From Octopus sinensis (lineage: Eukaryota): a stretch of DNA of 64,000 bases. Of the stretch, positions 39,890 to 55,023 are shown one piece after another; position 1 is the stretch's first letter, and every line of letters begins with the position of its first letter. The DNA lies in assembly GCF_006345805.1 (NCBI RefSeq), contig NC_042997.1:138694001-138758000 (forward strand). Direction: 5' to 3'. The notes under the pieces were generated by a model. The model saw only the letters and a list, made by a program, of their open reading frames with translations, did not search any database and was not told the origin of the DNA. Both the position numbers and the translations under genes were made by a program.

Positions 39890-40540
39890 TCTGGTATGTT
39901 TCCGCTCAGCCTCCGTGCCTCACAGCCGAGCTTGGAACAATGTAGTGCCAATATTCGTGACTTGTACTCAGCTTGATAGTGACTGCCTGCGCATCGGCGT
40001 TTCCCTGAGGCTTGGCCTCCAGAGCTGTGAGCCTCACGAATGCTGCTGTGAATCCACTGTGAATTCTTTCGGCCTCCACCCACTGTCATGGCAGCCTTCC
40101 ACTCCACGCCGACCTTAACAAGATCATAAAGCATGATTTAGATGCCGCAGGTTTCCCTTCCTAGTTCGAGCCGGCGAGGCTATACCGAGGGGCGGTAAAA
40201 GGCTGGACAGTATGACAATTTTACCGTTTCGTGAAGGTAGGCTCCATATCTGGGATGCCACATGCTGTGACATCTCCAGCGGCAACTTGGTGTTGTCAAC
40301 TACTAAGCTACTAAGCCCAGGCTTCGCTGCTTGTCAGGCTGAGAAAAAACAAACTGTCAAAGTATCGGTCGAGCCTGTGACAGTTGAGACCGCCGACGTT
40401 CTTGGCCCCCAGACCATATCCCTGCTCAACGCTATCGGGGCGGAGATTGCTGTTCGCAAGTGTGAGCCCCGAGAGACAGAATATCTGTTCCATCGCATGT
40501 CTCTCGTTATCCTTCAAGGCAGCGCCTTTCCATTTTGTCT
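39890..40540 (+). mobile_element. CRE-clade non-LTR retrotransposon C-terminal fragment (zinc knuckle plus RLE)
   Basis: PHSRAWNNVVPI...DSDCLRIGVSLRLGLQSCEPHECCCESTVNSFGLHPLS, KRLDSMTILPFREGR.HIWDATCCD, VET.DVLG, RMSLVILQGSA (ORFs 39915-40118 and 40212-40619). Confidence 0.82.
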
Positions 40541-41015
40541 GCTGGTGCCACGAGAAATGTTTCCATATTATGAGAAGCAAGATTCTCCGTTAACCCATGC
40601 ACACTGTCAGCTTTTATGATATCTGTGCATGATGGACTTTAAGAAATTCTCCACCTGGGTAAAGACTTAATGTTTATAAAGACTGATATATTCGGGTGAA
40701 ATATTGCTATTTACAACTACTAAACTACAGCACTGGCAGTGACAACAAACTAGAATTGATAGTATTCAGACATCGTATTTTATCCAATGTGTCATTCTCT
40801 GACGACGGTACGGTGTGATATGGTTCGTCATTTTTAGCGCATTAAAGTGCTAAAAATAGTCTTTGCATGGGTAGAGCCTCTACGTGGATACCACGGTATC
40901 TACGTAAAATCTGTATCTGTAATAGCAATATGTATTGATTATGTCCAGGTCCAAGTAGGTGACACAGACACATTTACACATACATATACATTCACACACG
41001 CATATATATATACAA

Positions 41016-41057
<42 letters not shown>

Positions 41058-41200
41058 TCATATACATACAAATGTATACATTTACGTTCATACACACACA
41101 AATACGTATACATTCTTATACAAAGATATACATTTACATTCATATATATATATATATATATATATATGAATGTTCAATGTTAATATTCAATGTTACATTC

Positions 41201-41266
<66 letters not shown>

Positions 41267-41452
41267 TGTTCAATGTTAATATTCAATGTTACTTTTGGCA
41301 ATCTTTTACCAAAGAGTGAAACGGTTAAGTAAATAAACATCGTTTAAATTGCATTTTCAAACCTTTTTTCATATATAATCCCACTCGTGCGATACCCCAC
41401 AACTCAACTTTTATATATATATATATATATACAAATATATACGAATACATTC

Positions 41453-41485
<33 letters not shown>

Positions 41486-41487
41486 TG

Positions 41488-41531
<44 letters not shown>

Positions 41532-42544
41532 CATGCAAATATGCACACACACACATACACACATACAGTAGATTGAGCCAGACTCTATCGACCGTGGGTT
41601 GATGTATGATAATGCCAATTTTAACGGCGTTTGAACTCTGAACTGAAAAATTTAGTCTGAACTTTGTTGACAAGAGCATATGAATTTTCTTAACATTTTT
41701 TCTAATAGTGATGTGCTTTGGCCTATCAGGAAGGTTTAAAATAATGTTACACCTATCTTCTGGGTCGATTTTAACATCAGGTAAGACTTGGAGAAGAATT
41801 TAGGGAATTTGTTTGCTTGGAATGCAACACAAGTGAATCCAAAATCCAGTCTCCGGCAAACAGCACCAATATTAGTGCTGGTAAAAATAAACATTAAAAT
41901 CATTGCTCGGAAATTGATTTTATTATCCCATCTATAGATGAACTATTCAACTTCTTTCTACTATGGGCATAATGCCTGAAATTTTAGGGGTGGGGTCTAG
42001 TCGACGACATCGACTTCAGTGCTCCAAATGGTCCTTTATTTTATCAATTCCGAAAGGATGAAGGACAAAGTTGACCTCAACGGAGTTTGAACTTAGGACG
42101 TAAAGCCGGAAGGAATGCCATTAAGCATTTTGTTCGGTACAGTAACGATTCTGGCAATTCTCCGCCTTCGTCAAATCATATTAAACGAAGATCAACGTGG
42201 TATCGAAAATTCATCGCTGCCAGTGTTAAAATTAATCGTCGCAAACATTTTTGTATGCTTTGACTAAGAGAAAGAAGTAATACCAAAGGCTTTCGCAAAA
42301 CGTCAAAAATGGCTGATGTTTAGTTTGAACACATTAAATTCAAGTGTACAAAGGTGAAAATATTAATCTAATGGGGATTCAAGTGGGACGATATTGGGTT
42401 TAGTAGTTCGTACAGATATGAAAGACGGGACAAAAAATGGATGATGAGAAAATGAAAGACAGGCATATCATGTAGGGCAGGTTGGAGATGGTATGCAATT
42501 TGCAATAATGTATGGTGTGACAATGTGCGTTTATATTTTTATCT

Positions 42545-43520
<976 letters not shown>

Positions 43521-43811
43521 TCCCATAAAACCACATTAAACTAGCATTGGCGTGTGAGTCCTTACCAATTAGATTTTATTAATGCAATCTACAATGTTTG
43601 TGTGTAGTGGCAACACCATATCAAATATGAGAGCATTACTCTCGCGTGGATCATACTTAAGTTCTGAGGAGAATCAACAGCTGATTAGCGCTGAGGTATT
43701 TGCGGCTGAAGTATTTGCGTTGAAGTATTTGCGGCCCTGAAGAAGACGGTCAGAATTTGGGATTCAGATTTTGCTATATTATGAATATGAGGTCGCATGG
43801 AAAGTCCGTTA

Positions 43812-44372
<561 letters not shown>

Positions 44373-44916
44373 AGAGAATCGAAGCAGTGCAGGTTTCATG
44401 CAAAATGTTCCCGGTTTCATATGTGAGACCTTTGTGTGCAGAAGATTAGTAATGAGTTAACTGCGTAGAGGTAAACATTTTTAGAGGAGATGGCAAACTG
44501 GTTCTCGATATTGCAAGAGAATAATGTATGTACGATAAACAAAAATTGATAGTGTGTGGGCTAGCAAAGAGAAAGAGAAAGAAAAAGAGAAGCGTTTGTT
44601 GTCTGACCATTTAACAAAAAGAGATAAGAGATAGATGGAGCCCCATTGGTGTGCGTCAGTGTCTACGTATATTTGTGTGTATGTACGCGTGCGTGTATGT
44701 TTGTGTGTATACGCGTGTATGCATGTATGTGTGTGTGTGCCTGTGGGTAAGTGAGGGAGCTTAACTAGAAGATTCTCGATGTAAAGACGATTTAAAGCTG
44801 TATTAGGTGCAACCGTATTACTTTCGCCGAATTTTTTAAAAGCAAAGGACTACAAGTAAATTGCATGAAAGAGCAGACAAACAATAGATCCAGCTTGATG
44901 GAAGGTCTACCGAGGG

Positions 44917-45029
<113 letters not shown>

Positions 45030-45122
45030 TGAAAGTATCAGAGCTAATTAGAAGAAATTTGCCCAAGATGCCACACAGTAGGACTGAACCCGAAACCATG
45101 TAGTTTCAGAAGCAAGAAAAAC

Positions 45123-45193
<71 letters not shown>

Positions 45194-47109
45194 AGAGCGT
45201 GAAAGTATCAGAGAAAGTGATAGTAGACGACATTTTCCATCATGATGAAATGTTGGAAGAGAAAGCAAAAAATCGCATGTTGGCGAGTTCTCAGATTTTA
45301 TCCTTCTTACAAACGGGGCACATTTTGTAGAATGTTTCCAAAGCTCAAGATAGATTCTTGCACGGAGAGAAGGAGAGAGGGAGAAATAGAGAAATTAAAT
45401 GACTGAAGAACTAGACGAGACTCTATCTCTGGAGTATTACATTTAAAGATAATTACAAAGACTGGTGACCTTGTTTGAAATAATTGAAGGCGTTTTCGTA
45501 ACTGGCGTATACAGTGTCAGTGTTGTTAAGCTCCAGGCGATCAAAAATATTCTAACCTTGAATTTCGGAATTTTGTAGATGTTTCCTTTAAGATGATAAA
45601 AGACGTAATTTTAGAAAATTTTGTTGCTATTAACAACAGGTCGAACCAACCGAATGGATGATTGCTCGTTGCATAAATGATGTTGAACTAGTGGAATCGA
45701 GTAGGAAAGTTTTTGAAGAGTTTTGAAACGTCTGCATACTGTAGATTTGGAAGCAAAGTCGACAGCAAATATGAAAGTGTTCTCAGTAGAAGTGCGCTTA
45801 GTAAAACCGTAATGGTTAAGAAATAGTGAGCAAGAGAACTCTGCAAAAGAGTCATAATTTTATTCTTTTCTGAATGTTGTCTCACAGGAATTATGAAGGT
45901 AAATAAAACACATCGAACTGGTTGACGAAAGTGATGTTAGATGTAATAAGTCGTGCTTTTAATTTGTATTATTGGGACGTAGAATACCTGCTGAAAAGAT
46001 TTTATTTCAATCGAATGCTAAAATATAAAAGGGAAGAAATGCAGTACAATAATAATTATATTTAGATATGTTTAAGAAGTGCGAGTTACATAATATATTA
46101 TAAAATGATGCTATATGAAGATGCATGCTTTTTCTTATTAGTTCGTTCGTGTTAAAAGACAATCGCCAACTAAAATCTTTCGGGAACCCTGAACATTCGA
46201 GTTGACTTTCGATTTTCAGTTGCTTCCTTTTGCTAGAGTGACTTTACTCGTTGAGAAGGAGACGAAAACTACCTTTGTATTGACTGTAATTATACGATAC
46301 TTTATATATCTTGTATTGAGAATGTTGAATTCCTAGTAGAAATCTCTAGTATTCCTAGGTAGGAGTTACAATTTGGAATATTCATTTTAGTTTCTTAAAA
46401 ACCTGCAGAAACTGTTTGACGCCAAATAATAAATGACTAAATGAATTTAACAGTTTCTATGTGTTTTTGCACAGCTAAAATGAGTCTTCGACGATGTAGT
46501 TACTTTAATTTCAACACAGTCTCAGAGCAAATCACTTACTAAACAAGTATAACACAAAAATAAGTAGTGAACGTTATACAAAAATTACACAACGACACCG
46601 CTGATTCTGTACCATTTGGAAACTTCACACCTGTATACAGAGGATTTGCTTCAGTTAATTCAACTTCGTTCTCTTGATGAAGTCGATGTAACACAACTTT
46701 AGCCGAAGGTGAAAACCAAACCAGCGCTGTTTTATCATTGAGTGTTATTGGAATAGAAAGAAAAAAAAAATCATAAAGTGCACAGTTTGCAGCTGCGCAG
46801 ATTCGGGTCGGGTACTTATTGAGAGCAGTGCATCAGGAAGTGCTGCTTCGCAATAATAAGCAGAGAAAGCATATGTTTTGAGGACCAATATAAAGTGACA
46901 ACTTGGCCGTTGTTATATGGAGTTGTAAAGTGAAGTTTTGCATGTGACAGCCTTTCATTTATTGGAGTTATTATATTTTACACTCTTTGCGAGCATTTTA
47001 AGTTAAAATGAAAATCTCAGTGGATACTACAACCAGTGTAGAATTTTGAATTTTTTGTTTGTTTGTTATGACATTTGGTGAATAATTGTTGCATTCGATC
47101 ATTCCAGAG

Positions 47110-48100
47110 TTACGCGCTTTTGAAAATCTTGGCCAAGAATAAAATCGCAGTATAAGTTTTTAAGAACACAAAGATTACTAGAAAGACAGCACTTATTTTT
47201 CAGTTCTATATCAAGAGAATAAAAAAAAACTTTAACATTTAAGCAGCTTGTGCCATGCAGATGTTATGTTTGGTTGAGGAGCAATAGAGATTATCGAAAC
47301 TGATCTTATAATACCGTGAGAACTAGCATAGATAATGAGTGTAGAAATGATATGACTGTTGATAATGGCATCCTCTTCAGCAAAGGATAAACTTTGGAAC
47401 AGTGAAATACTACCTGTACAAAGTATAGATGCTAACATGGCAGCAGTAGTTTGTCTTCCATCACGATTTTTGATATTGATTTTAGACATGCATTGCTTGC
47501 AAAAAATTACCTTTCTTCCCACAGGTATTATAATCAGAACTAAAAAGCAGAACAATATTTTCCGTTGTTGAGAAAATTCCCATAAGATCTGAAAAAGTGA
47601 GTTACAGCAATTGTGCAGTTATTTCAGCAATTATGAATGTAGTGTCAGCAAGATGAAACATTTCATATACTTCACCGTTCTTTTAAGCGCGATGGGGAGA
47701 TTATGTTTGATTAATAGACTGCACAAAGAGTGAGTGTAGTATTTTTCTGAAAGAATCACGTGTCAACTCTTCATGATTCACAATACTTTTCTGGTGTAAC
47801 AACCGGTAAATTTATTGTCCTTGCCGAGTGTTTGAAGTGGCTGTAAAAACTTCTCAACAGATTCGTCAGGTTTTGGCTTTTGTTGACTAGTTGCTCGTAG
47901 ATGATGAGCAATGTCTTCGTTTGGATTTTTAACGTAAAGTTCTTTAGGAATGTCGACATCTTCAATGCCTGAAATCCTTCAGTATGCTTATAAACTGTAA
48001 CAGAAATATAGCTTCAAATGTGAGAGGTGTGTTTAAGGCATTTGCTCCATATTTGACTATTAAATAATCGAAGCTTTGAAGTCAGTGTTTCTATTAGTTA
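47110..48100 (-). mobile_element. Ty3/Gypsy LTR retrotransposon gag-protease remnant
   Basis: IEDVDIPKELYVKNPNEDIAHHLRATSQQKPKPDESVEKFLQPLQTLGKD (gag), NTCGKKGNF-CKQCMSK (zinc knuckle across a frameshift), AIINSHIISTLIIYASS (decayed protease active-site region), LCVLKNLYCDFILGQDFQKR (protease end). Confidence 0.8.
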
Positions 48101-48984
48101 GCTACAACAAAAGAATTTTTGTAAATTTCACAACATGTAAGGTAAAGCAATTTCTCTATGATGAAGATATTGAATGAAATAAACTGAGATAAACAATCCC
48201 AATGGAAAAAAACTTTATTTCACTCAAGAACTAAAATATAACGAAGAAATACAGTAATGTTACGGTTTCTGGTGTAGGCAGAAGGCTGCCAATTATTGGG
48301 GAGAGGGGTGAGTTGATATCATAGACTCCAGTTCCTTGAGTGATACAATATTTTAACGAGTTCGAAAGAAAGAAATGTAAAGTGTCTTCAGCGGGTTTTG
48401 AACTCAGAGCGTGCTGACTCTTAACGAATATTTCAATGACCCAATAATTCTCTCAGCTCGCCGCCTTAAAATTACTGTACTATAATGGTTTCAAATTTTG
48501 GCACAGGGCTAGAATTTTTGAGGTGAGTGGCCAGTCAGTCGATACCAGTACTTGAATGGTACTTGTATTATAAACACCAGAAGGGAAGAAAGGCAAAAAT
48601 CGACATCGACGGAGTTCGAACTCCGAATATAAAAGGCCGGAAGCGTTTTTTTCCGATTCTGATTGCTCACTGTCTTAAAGTTACAGTTATATAATAACAA
48701 CTATTATATATAAGGAGAACGAAATAGGTAACACAAAACAAATAACAATTAGATACAGTAAAAGATCATATTTGTATTAGATGAATAGTTCACGAACCAT
48801 CTGGGAAATGTTAGGTGATGGGATTTGGTTGCGTAATGGATTTGTTTCAGAGGATGGCTTTAGTTATCTGCATAGATGTTTTGTATAGGCCAGAAGTAAA
48901 ACACTTTTGTTGCTATGGATAGTGAGCGCAAAAGTGGTAAAGCTTTGGTCAATTAACTGATTCGTAGGATATGTGGATGTTTTG

Positions 48985-49450
48985 AAATGGCTTTGATTAG
49001 GCAGTGACCGGACGATCTGAAAGATACAAAGATGGTGGTAGTTTGGTAAAGGTATGGTCTGGAAGTAAGAGAGAGATCAATAGTGATTGAAAAGGGTTGA
49101 GATCAAGAGAGCGCTAACACGTATGGGTGGAGATACTAAACTATTGCAGAGACGATAAGATAATAAAACACTTTGTTCATCTGCCAGCAATATTAGTGTG
49201 GAAGGAGAGCGAGAGCCAACATAAATTGTAGATTTTGAAGTGACTTTAGATGATGACTTCTGAGAGGAAGTGGTGTGTGAGAGGTGTTCACGGTACAGGA
49301 CGAAAGTCAAATATTTAAAGGTACTTAAAGGAGTTTGGAGACTGGTAGAGTCAAGAAACACATTTACAGAAACGAGAAACACTTCAAATCAAAGTAAATA
49401 GAAGTCTTTGTCACTTGTTTAGCTGAAAGTGAGCAGTCGGGAGAGTGGAT
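48985..49450 (-). mobile_element. CR1/L2-like LINE endonuclease remnant
   Basis: Pyrimidine-rich degenerate coding with an SSGHCLI motif (compare SSDHCLI). Similar in style to 34430-34560. Confidence 0.45.
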
Positions 49451-49734
49451 TGTACGTGCATACTGAATAGAAATTAATCTTTGTTAACTTACGCAAATAA
49501 ATATCTGTTTCCCTTGCTATCGTTTTCGGGGTTATTTCATTTTTCCCGAACAAAAATTGCAGCTTCGTGTTATATAAAATTTTATTCTTGCTGTAGCTGT
49601 TTCTATCCCATAATTCGAATTTTATTCTGCTTGTACGGTGTCATTGCAAACCAGTGTATTTTATATATATTGTCTCTGACTTTATAAACTTCAGACTGGC
49701 TGATTCGATCTCGTTTCGGAAGTGACACGTGTAC

Positions 49735-49779
49735 GTGACACTGATAAGCTTCACAAACGGCGAAATACCTTTCTGTCAC
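49735..49779 (+). ncRNA. Decayed type I hammerhead motif
   Basis: gtgaca-CTGATAA-gc...gc-GAAA-tacctt-TC-tgtcac. Stem I is a perfect 6 bp, but G8 is changed to A and stem III is broken. Confidence 0.55.
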
Positions 49780-50672
49780 TCTTGTGATCGCTTCCGGGGT
49801 GATTTCATTTCGCCTAGTCCTGACGGGTGTTTTACGAAAAACTGCAGCTCTGACTTTTCAAAGATACACCTAGGCTAAGTACGTTATACAGATAAAGATA
49901 TTAACCTCTTGATTTAAACTGCTATTTAGTTGGAATATACCAAAGGTGTAACTAGAACCCGAGCACAGTTATCCAAAGGAAGCAACTGCACCCATACTTT
50001 GGAGTATTCATTAAAAACAGCGCCTTTTAACCGGTTTCTTAACTCATTAATTCCTTGTTTATTGATTTTTATTGTAATTTTTGTTTTTACACTTTATTAA
50101 ATGGCTTTGAGATTCATTACTTTTTCGACCGACCTCCCAGTTTTGAACAGTACATTCATTTTCCAGTGATCCATTGGTGGCCAGTAATCAGGGTAGCAAA
50201 ACAAGGCGCCACATCATAACATTCTTCCTAATGCTGGATGGCACAGCAGGCTTTCATCTTTTTCATGTCACAACTTACATCCCCAGATATATCTAATTTT
50301 CAAACACAATGACACGATTGCTGAAACGTGAAATTTATGAATGGAGAATAACAAGAATATATATTATTGCTAATGGAATATTTCACGTAATATAAGAGAA
50401 ATGAGCATGCATTTAAGCAACTCGTTTGTTGATAACCGAAAGTCAAGGATGAAGCAAGGATCGTTGCTCTAAATCAAATTATTATAATATATTCTTGTCA
50501 CGCGCTATTACTGTCTGCTGTGACATAAACAATCATGTAATTGCTTCATGGGTTTCTGGTATTACACAGTCATCTCAAAATAGTAGTACAGAATTTATTT
50601 GAAGGCTTCTGTCTGCTATATATTGCAAAGGCAAGTTTAAGTGACTTATTCATTTTATTACGGAGGAAGTTA

Positions 50673-50920
50673 CAGTAATCCCTCGCCATATCGCAGTTCA
50701 CCTATCGCACATTCAATACATCACGGTTCACCTATCGCGCATTCAGTACATCGCGGTTCACCTATCACGCACAGAGTACGGATTTTTCTGGTTAATATAT
50801 GTAAATTTATATCGTGGAGTCCTCAGTATATCGCGGGTTTCTGCGATCGATAGGTATTTATATTTTTTAGATTTTAATTATTTCTGTGGGAGGTTTTGGA
50901 ACGTAACACTCACGATGGGC
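50673..50920 (+). mobile_element. Tigger/pogo-like MITE, right end disrupted by (CA)n
   Basis: TA followed by cagtaatccctcgccatatcgc, then about 28-bp subterminal tandem repeats (cggttcacctatcgcgcattcagtacat), and gggaggttttggaacgtaac near the end. Confidence 0.6.
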
Positions 50921-50927
50921 AAACACA

Positions 50928-51009
<82 letters not shown>

Positions 51010-51857
51010 ACACACACACACACACATTTATAAAAACTACCATTGGTTTATCTTTGATTAGGAGGAAGAAGAAACTATTTGGGCGGGACAGAAAGAAGAA
51101 ATAAGTTGCAAACTGAAAAAAGAATCGGCAAAACATAGATCGGGCGTCACATTTTCGTTTGGCAGGCACACGACATCCATTGCGCTAGAGTTAATTTCTC
51201 TGAAGATTCGTTAATTACTTGCAGCTCAAGAGATAGAGACAGTGTACAGGCTGTTAATGTTGGATCTGATGTGAAACTCTCTGAGGGATTGCTAATATTT
51301 AGTTGCGGTCTGGCTGCTGCAGTAGTTAAGGAGGTGGAACCACAAGAAGTCCCCAGGACATTACTGTATTCGAGTCCCAAGACCCAAAGGTCATGTAAGA
51401 CGGTTTCTATGGCATATGAATGGTCGAAATCACAACAACATCTCCCGCTCCTGATCGGGACGCTAGTCCTTTGCAGGGTTACTCATTTATAGTTGAATGG
51501 ACAGGAACAACCTGAAATGAAACATTCTGCTGTGATCACTTTTGTAAACTATCTCATACAGAGGAAAGTAAGACGATGCACGATTATTTGCAAATGACAT
51601 ACCTAACAAATACTCACAAGCTTTGTGAAAACATCTTTCACACCTAATCTGGTATGCACGCTTCTTGAGTAAAATTTTTGTCAGTTTTTTCTTAAAAGTA
51701 ATTTTGAAAATCTTCCAAAATATGAAACCGGACATCGTTTCAGTATAGTTTTTGATGCAAAAAATAAAATAAATGAATAAATATAATGCAAGCTAACAAA
51801 AAAGGAAAATACTGTTATGAAATAGGGTCGACACTGTGCTGTTTTTTGTTTTTTTTT

Positions 51858-52222
51858 TGTTTCAGTCATTAGACTGAGACCATACTAGAGACCCACCTTG
51901 AAATTTTATCGAGCGAATCAACCCCAATACGTTTTTCTTAAACCTTGTCCTTATTCTATCGAACTCTTTTTTGCCGAACCGCAAAGTTATGGGGATGTAA
52001 AAACACCAAACAGGTCGTCAAGCGGTGGTGAGGAACACAGACAGAAGCACACACACACACACAGATTTTTATATATACATATATACAACGGGCTTCTTTC
52101 AATTTCCGTCTACCAAATCCACTCAGAAGGTTTTGGTTGGCCTGAGGCTATAGTAGGAGACACATACCCAAGGTGTCAAGCAGTAGGACTCTGAACCCAG
52201 GACCATGCGACTGAGAAGCATG
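51858..52222 (-). mobile_element. SINE family C/D
   Basis: Tail, (CA)n and head, as at 20041-20478. Confidence 0.75.
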
Positions 52223-52918
52223 CTGTTTTTACAAATCGGTTGGTTAGTTGATTGAAGTTAGCAAAACAGCTGGTGAATTGTATCTGCGATTTGCTTTCGA
52301 CTCCTGCTTCAAACCACTCTCCTCATATTCACTGGCAAGTGTATAAACAACGAAGTATGTTATTTAGCCTTTCCCAAGTATATTCCGATTTTATGTCTAC
52401 ATCAGGTGGTTGTATACTGTGACATTTTAACGAACCATGGCCTTGGACATTCACAAAAAATACTGAATGCAAAGCCGAGTTTTCGTATATTTCAGTGAAG
52501 TATAAAACCCACAATCAAAGAAATCATAGCTCGTATCGGTATTTAAAGCAAAGAGAAATGCAATTGTGAAACCAGCAATTACTATAAAAATTCGCTAATC
52601 GTGCAGAGAATGTGATTAAAATATATTGTCTAAGTAATGTAACAATTTGGGAAGAATTATTGTAAATACAGTTTATGTTAGAGCTGCAGACAGTTTATTC
52701 ACTTACAAACGTCATTTGAATAAGCACGTGTAATTATCTATAACCAGAATAAGAATGATGTAATAAGTATTCAAGAGAGCTACTGTTTCATGGTAAGATT
52801 ATATACGTATCAATTAAATCAGGCTAGAGAGAGGAGAATTATATTCTTGTTTGTTTTATTCCATGATAGTTTTATACGTAGCAAAATAATTCTATCATGA
52901 TTGTATTATAATGTTGTG

Positions 52919-53830
52919 CGAAGTCTGTTCAAAAACAAACAACTGAACTTTAAAAAGAAAACATTTATTGCTTTACTTACATTTAATCAGACTTGTCTCC
53001 TTTAAAATAGTTACTTCTGCTGCTGACACATCTCTTCCAATGCCTTTTCCAGTCTTTGGAACTCATCCCGGAACGTGACTTTTCTTCACATTTCTCAATT
53101 ATTTGAAGTCAGTGATCTTCCAGTATGGATTTCTACTTTGGGGAAGAGAGGGATTTTGCAGGGGCTAAATTTGGGAAGAATGGCAACTGGGGAGACGAGA
53201 GTTAAAGTTTTGCCGAAAATTTGCAGATAAAGAGAAACGTGCTAACAGGCGAGTTATCCTGATATTAGCAAAGAGGTTTTGTTTGTCTCCACATTGAAAT
53301 CCTCCATGTAAAACACTTTACCGATCCTATGACTAAATGGTAAAACCTCATGGTGAACAAAGCCCTTCCAACAAAAATAGAAGATCAAAATTACATATAA
53401 GCGACTAAAACGCATTTCTTTTAAATCGAGGTGACGCTTTTTAGCTTCGATATCGCAGCTATACACATATGCTTCATAACCTGTTGCATCAGCATTCAAG
53501 CAATCAAATAGCTAACTGTGAAAGGGTTCCCTTTTTGATAACTTAGATACAGCACAAATTTTGCAGTTTGCTTTTTCTCTTCAAGTTATGTGGCAGCACG
53601 AACTTTTGCATGTGCTTAGATCTCCAGAAACTTCACGGACAGTCAGGCGATGATTTTCATGGATCACAGCACGTATTCAATAATTTTCAATGTACAAATT
53701 GTATAGAAAAAGAAGTCCTTTATTTTCCTACATCTATTAGCGAAAGACAGTGTTGGTAAATGTGTGAGAATACGGAACTTGTAACACACGCACACAGTTT
53801 GGTAAGTGGAGGGAACGCGATACTCCATGA
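52919..53830 (-). mobile_element. Second mariner relic, strongly decayed
   Basis: ATGYEAYVYSCDIEAK (compare TGDETWVYGYDPETK) and ILIFYFCWKGFVHHEVLP (ORF 53254-53499). Terminus-like cgaagtctgttcaaaaa at about 52919. Confidence 0.75.
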
Positions 53831-55023
53831 CTACCACAATATACCCCATATGAGAAACTGCTAGTTGCATGTTGAAGAAATCCATGTAGTCAGTAAATAG
53901 ACGGTTATTGGAACGATAAACTTGTCAGCTTGTCACTCGACCGATTATCAACTTGATATTGGAGGACTAAGGTTAAACAAAAACGACGATCCCGACATCA
54001 ACTACGACAACTACGAAACGAAATATTCATGAAAGCAGGTTTTACGCATACTGCATTCAAAAAATGGGAAATTCTATTCCGGTCTTACTAATATCCGGCG
54101 AAGCTATCATGGAACGAAGTTGTTGTTTAGCCCTAAATCAGTCTCGATCGTGCAAACCTGTGAGGAAACGCATTCCAACCATGCACATCGGAGCCTTATG
54201 CATATGTACAACTTCGTTTATAATGAAACCTTAATCAAGACGATAGGATGTGATTTGAGGGTGATTTGATTGCTATTTCTAGCCGATCAAAGCCATGTTA
54301 CAGGCTTCCATGCTGGATCGCAAATTTCTATTCTTAACTCTTCTTGCTTCACCTGTATAAACATCTGGCAAGTGTAACCGTAAATATTGTCTAGAATATT
54401 TTCTTGCAATAAACCTGACTCACCAAAATGTAAGTATTAATGTTTATTAATGAAATTACATTTTTTTTTGACGCGAAGATTACACTGAAAATTGACATGA
54501 CGAAAGCAAGACAAGTTGTTTACACAGTATTTACAAAGTTTCTTCTTGTCACTGAAAGTACCGAGTCACAGACATGTCGTGACAATGTTTTGACTAATTT
54601 ACATATAGAAAATCAAAGTTATTGAGATTATGACAAACGATTCAGAATTATTGTGTCTGAGGCGTCATGAAAGGCTCGCTGCTATTCATAAACATTAAAT
54701 CGGAAGATATAAATAACTGTCATGAGACATTATATGACAGTCTGGCTTCTAATGTCTTGAAACCAATCAAATAACAAATAATTCCTTTGTAGAGAACATA
54801 GTTGGTTCAGTCGATTGATACACTGTCAGTCACCAGTCGGAAACAGTTGACAGTTCATACCCTAGTGCACGTACTGCATCCAGGGCCATCTTAACATTAT
54901 AGGCCACCTATTCCGCCAGGAGATTAAAGCTCTGTGCCCTTTAGTACTTATTTATTGACAGCATGTCGCAGCATATATGGATTACAGCCAGGCCCCTAGA
55001 TCCATGAAACCTCCGGGCAAATG

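Noticed and set aside
40830-40906. Two short GC-containing hairpins suggestive of a Helitron 3' end
   Set aside because: No CTRR terminus at the expected distance and no other Helitron features.
47232-47555. Hydrophobic ORF that at first resembled a GPCR or ionotropic receptor transmembrane segment
   Set aside because: Neighbouring frames give a gag zinc knuckle and protease motifs, so it is a decayed Gypsy gag-pro.
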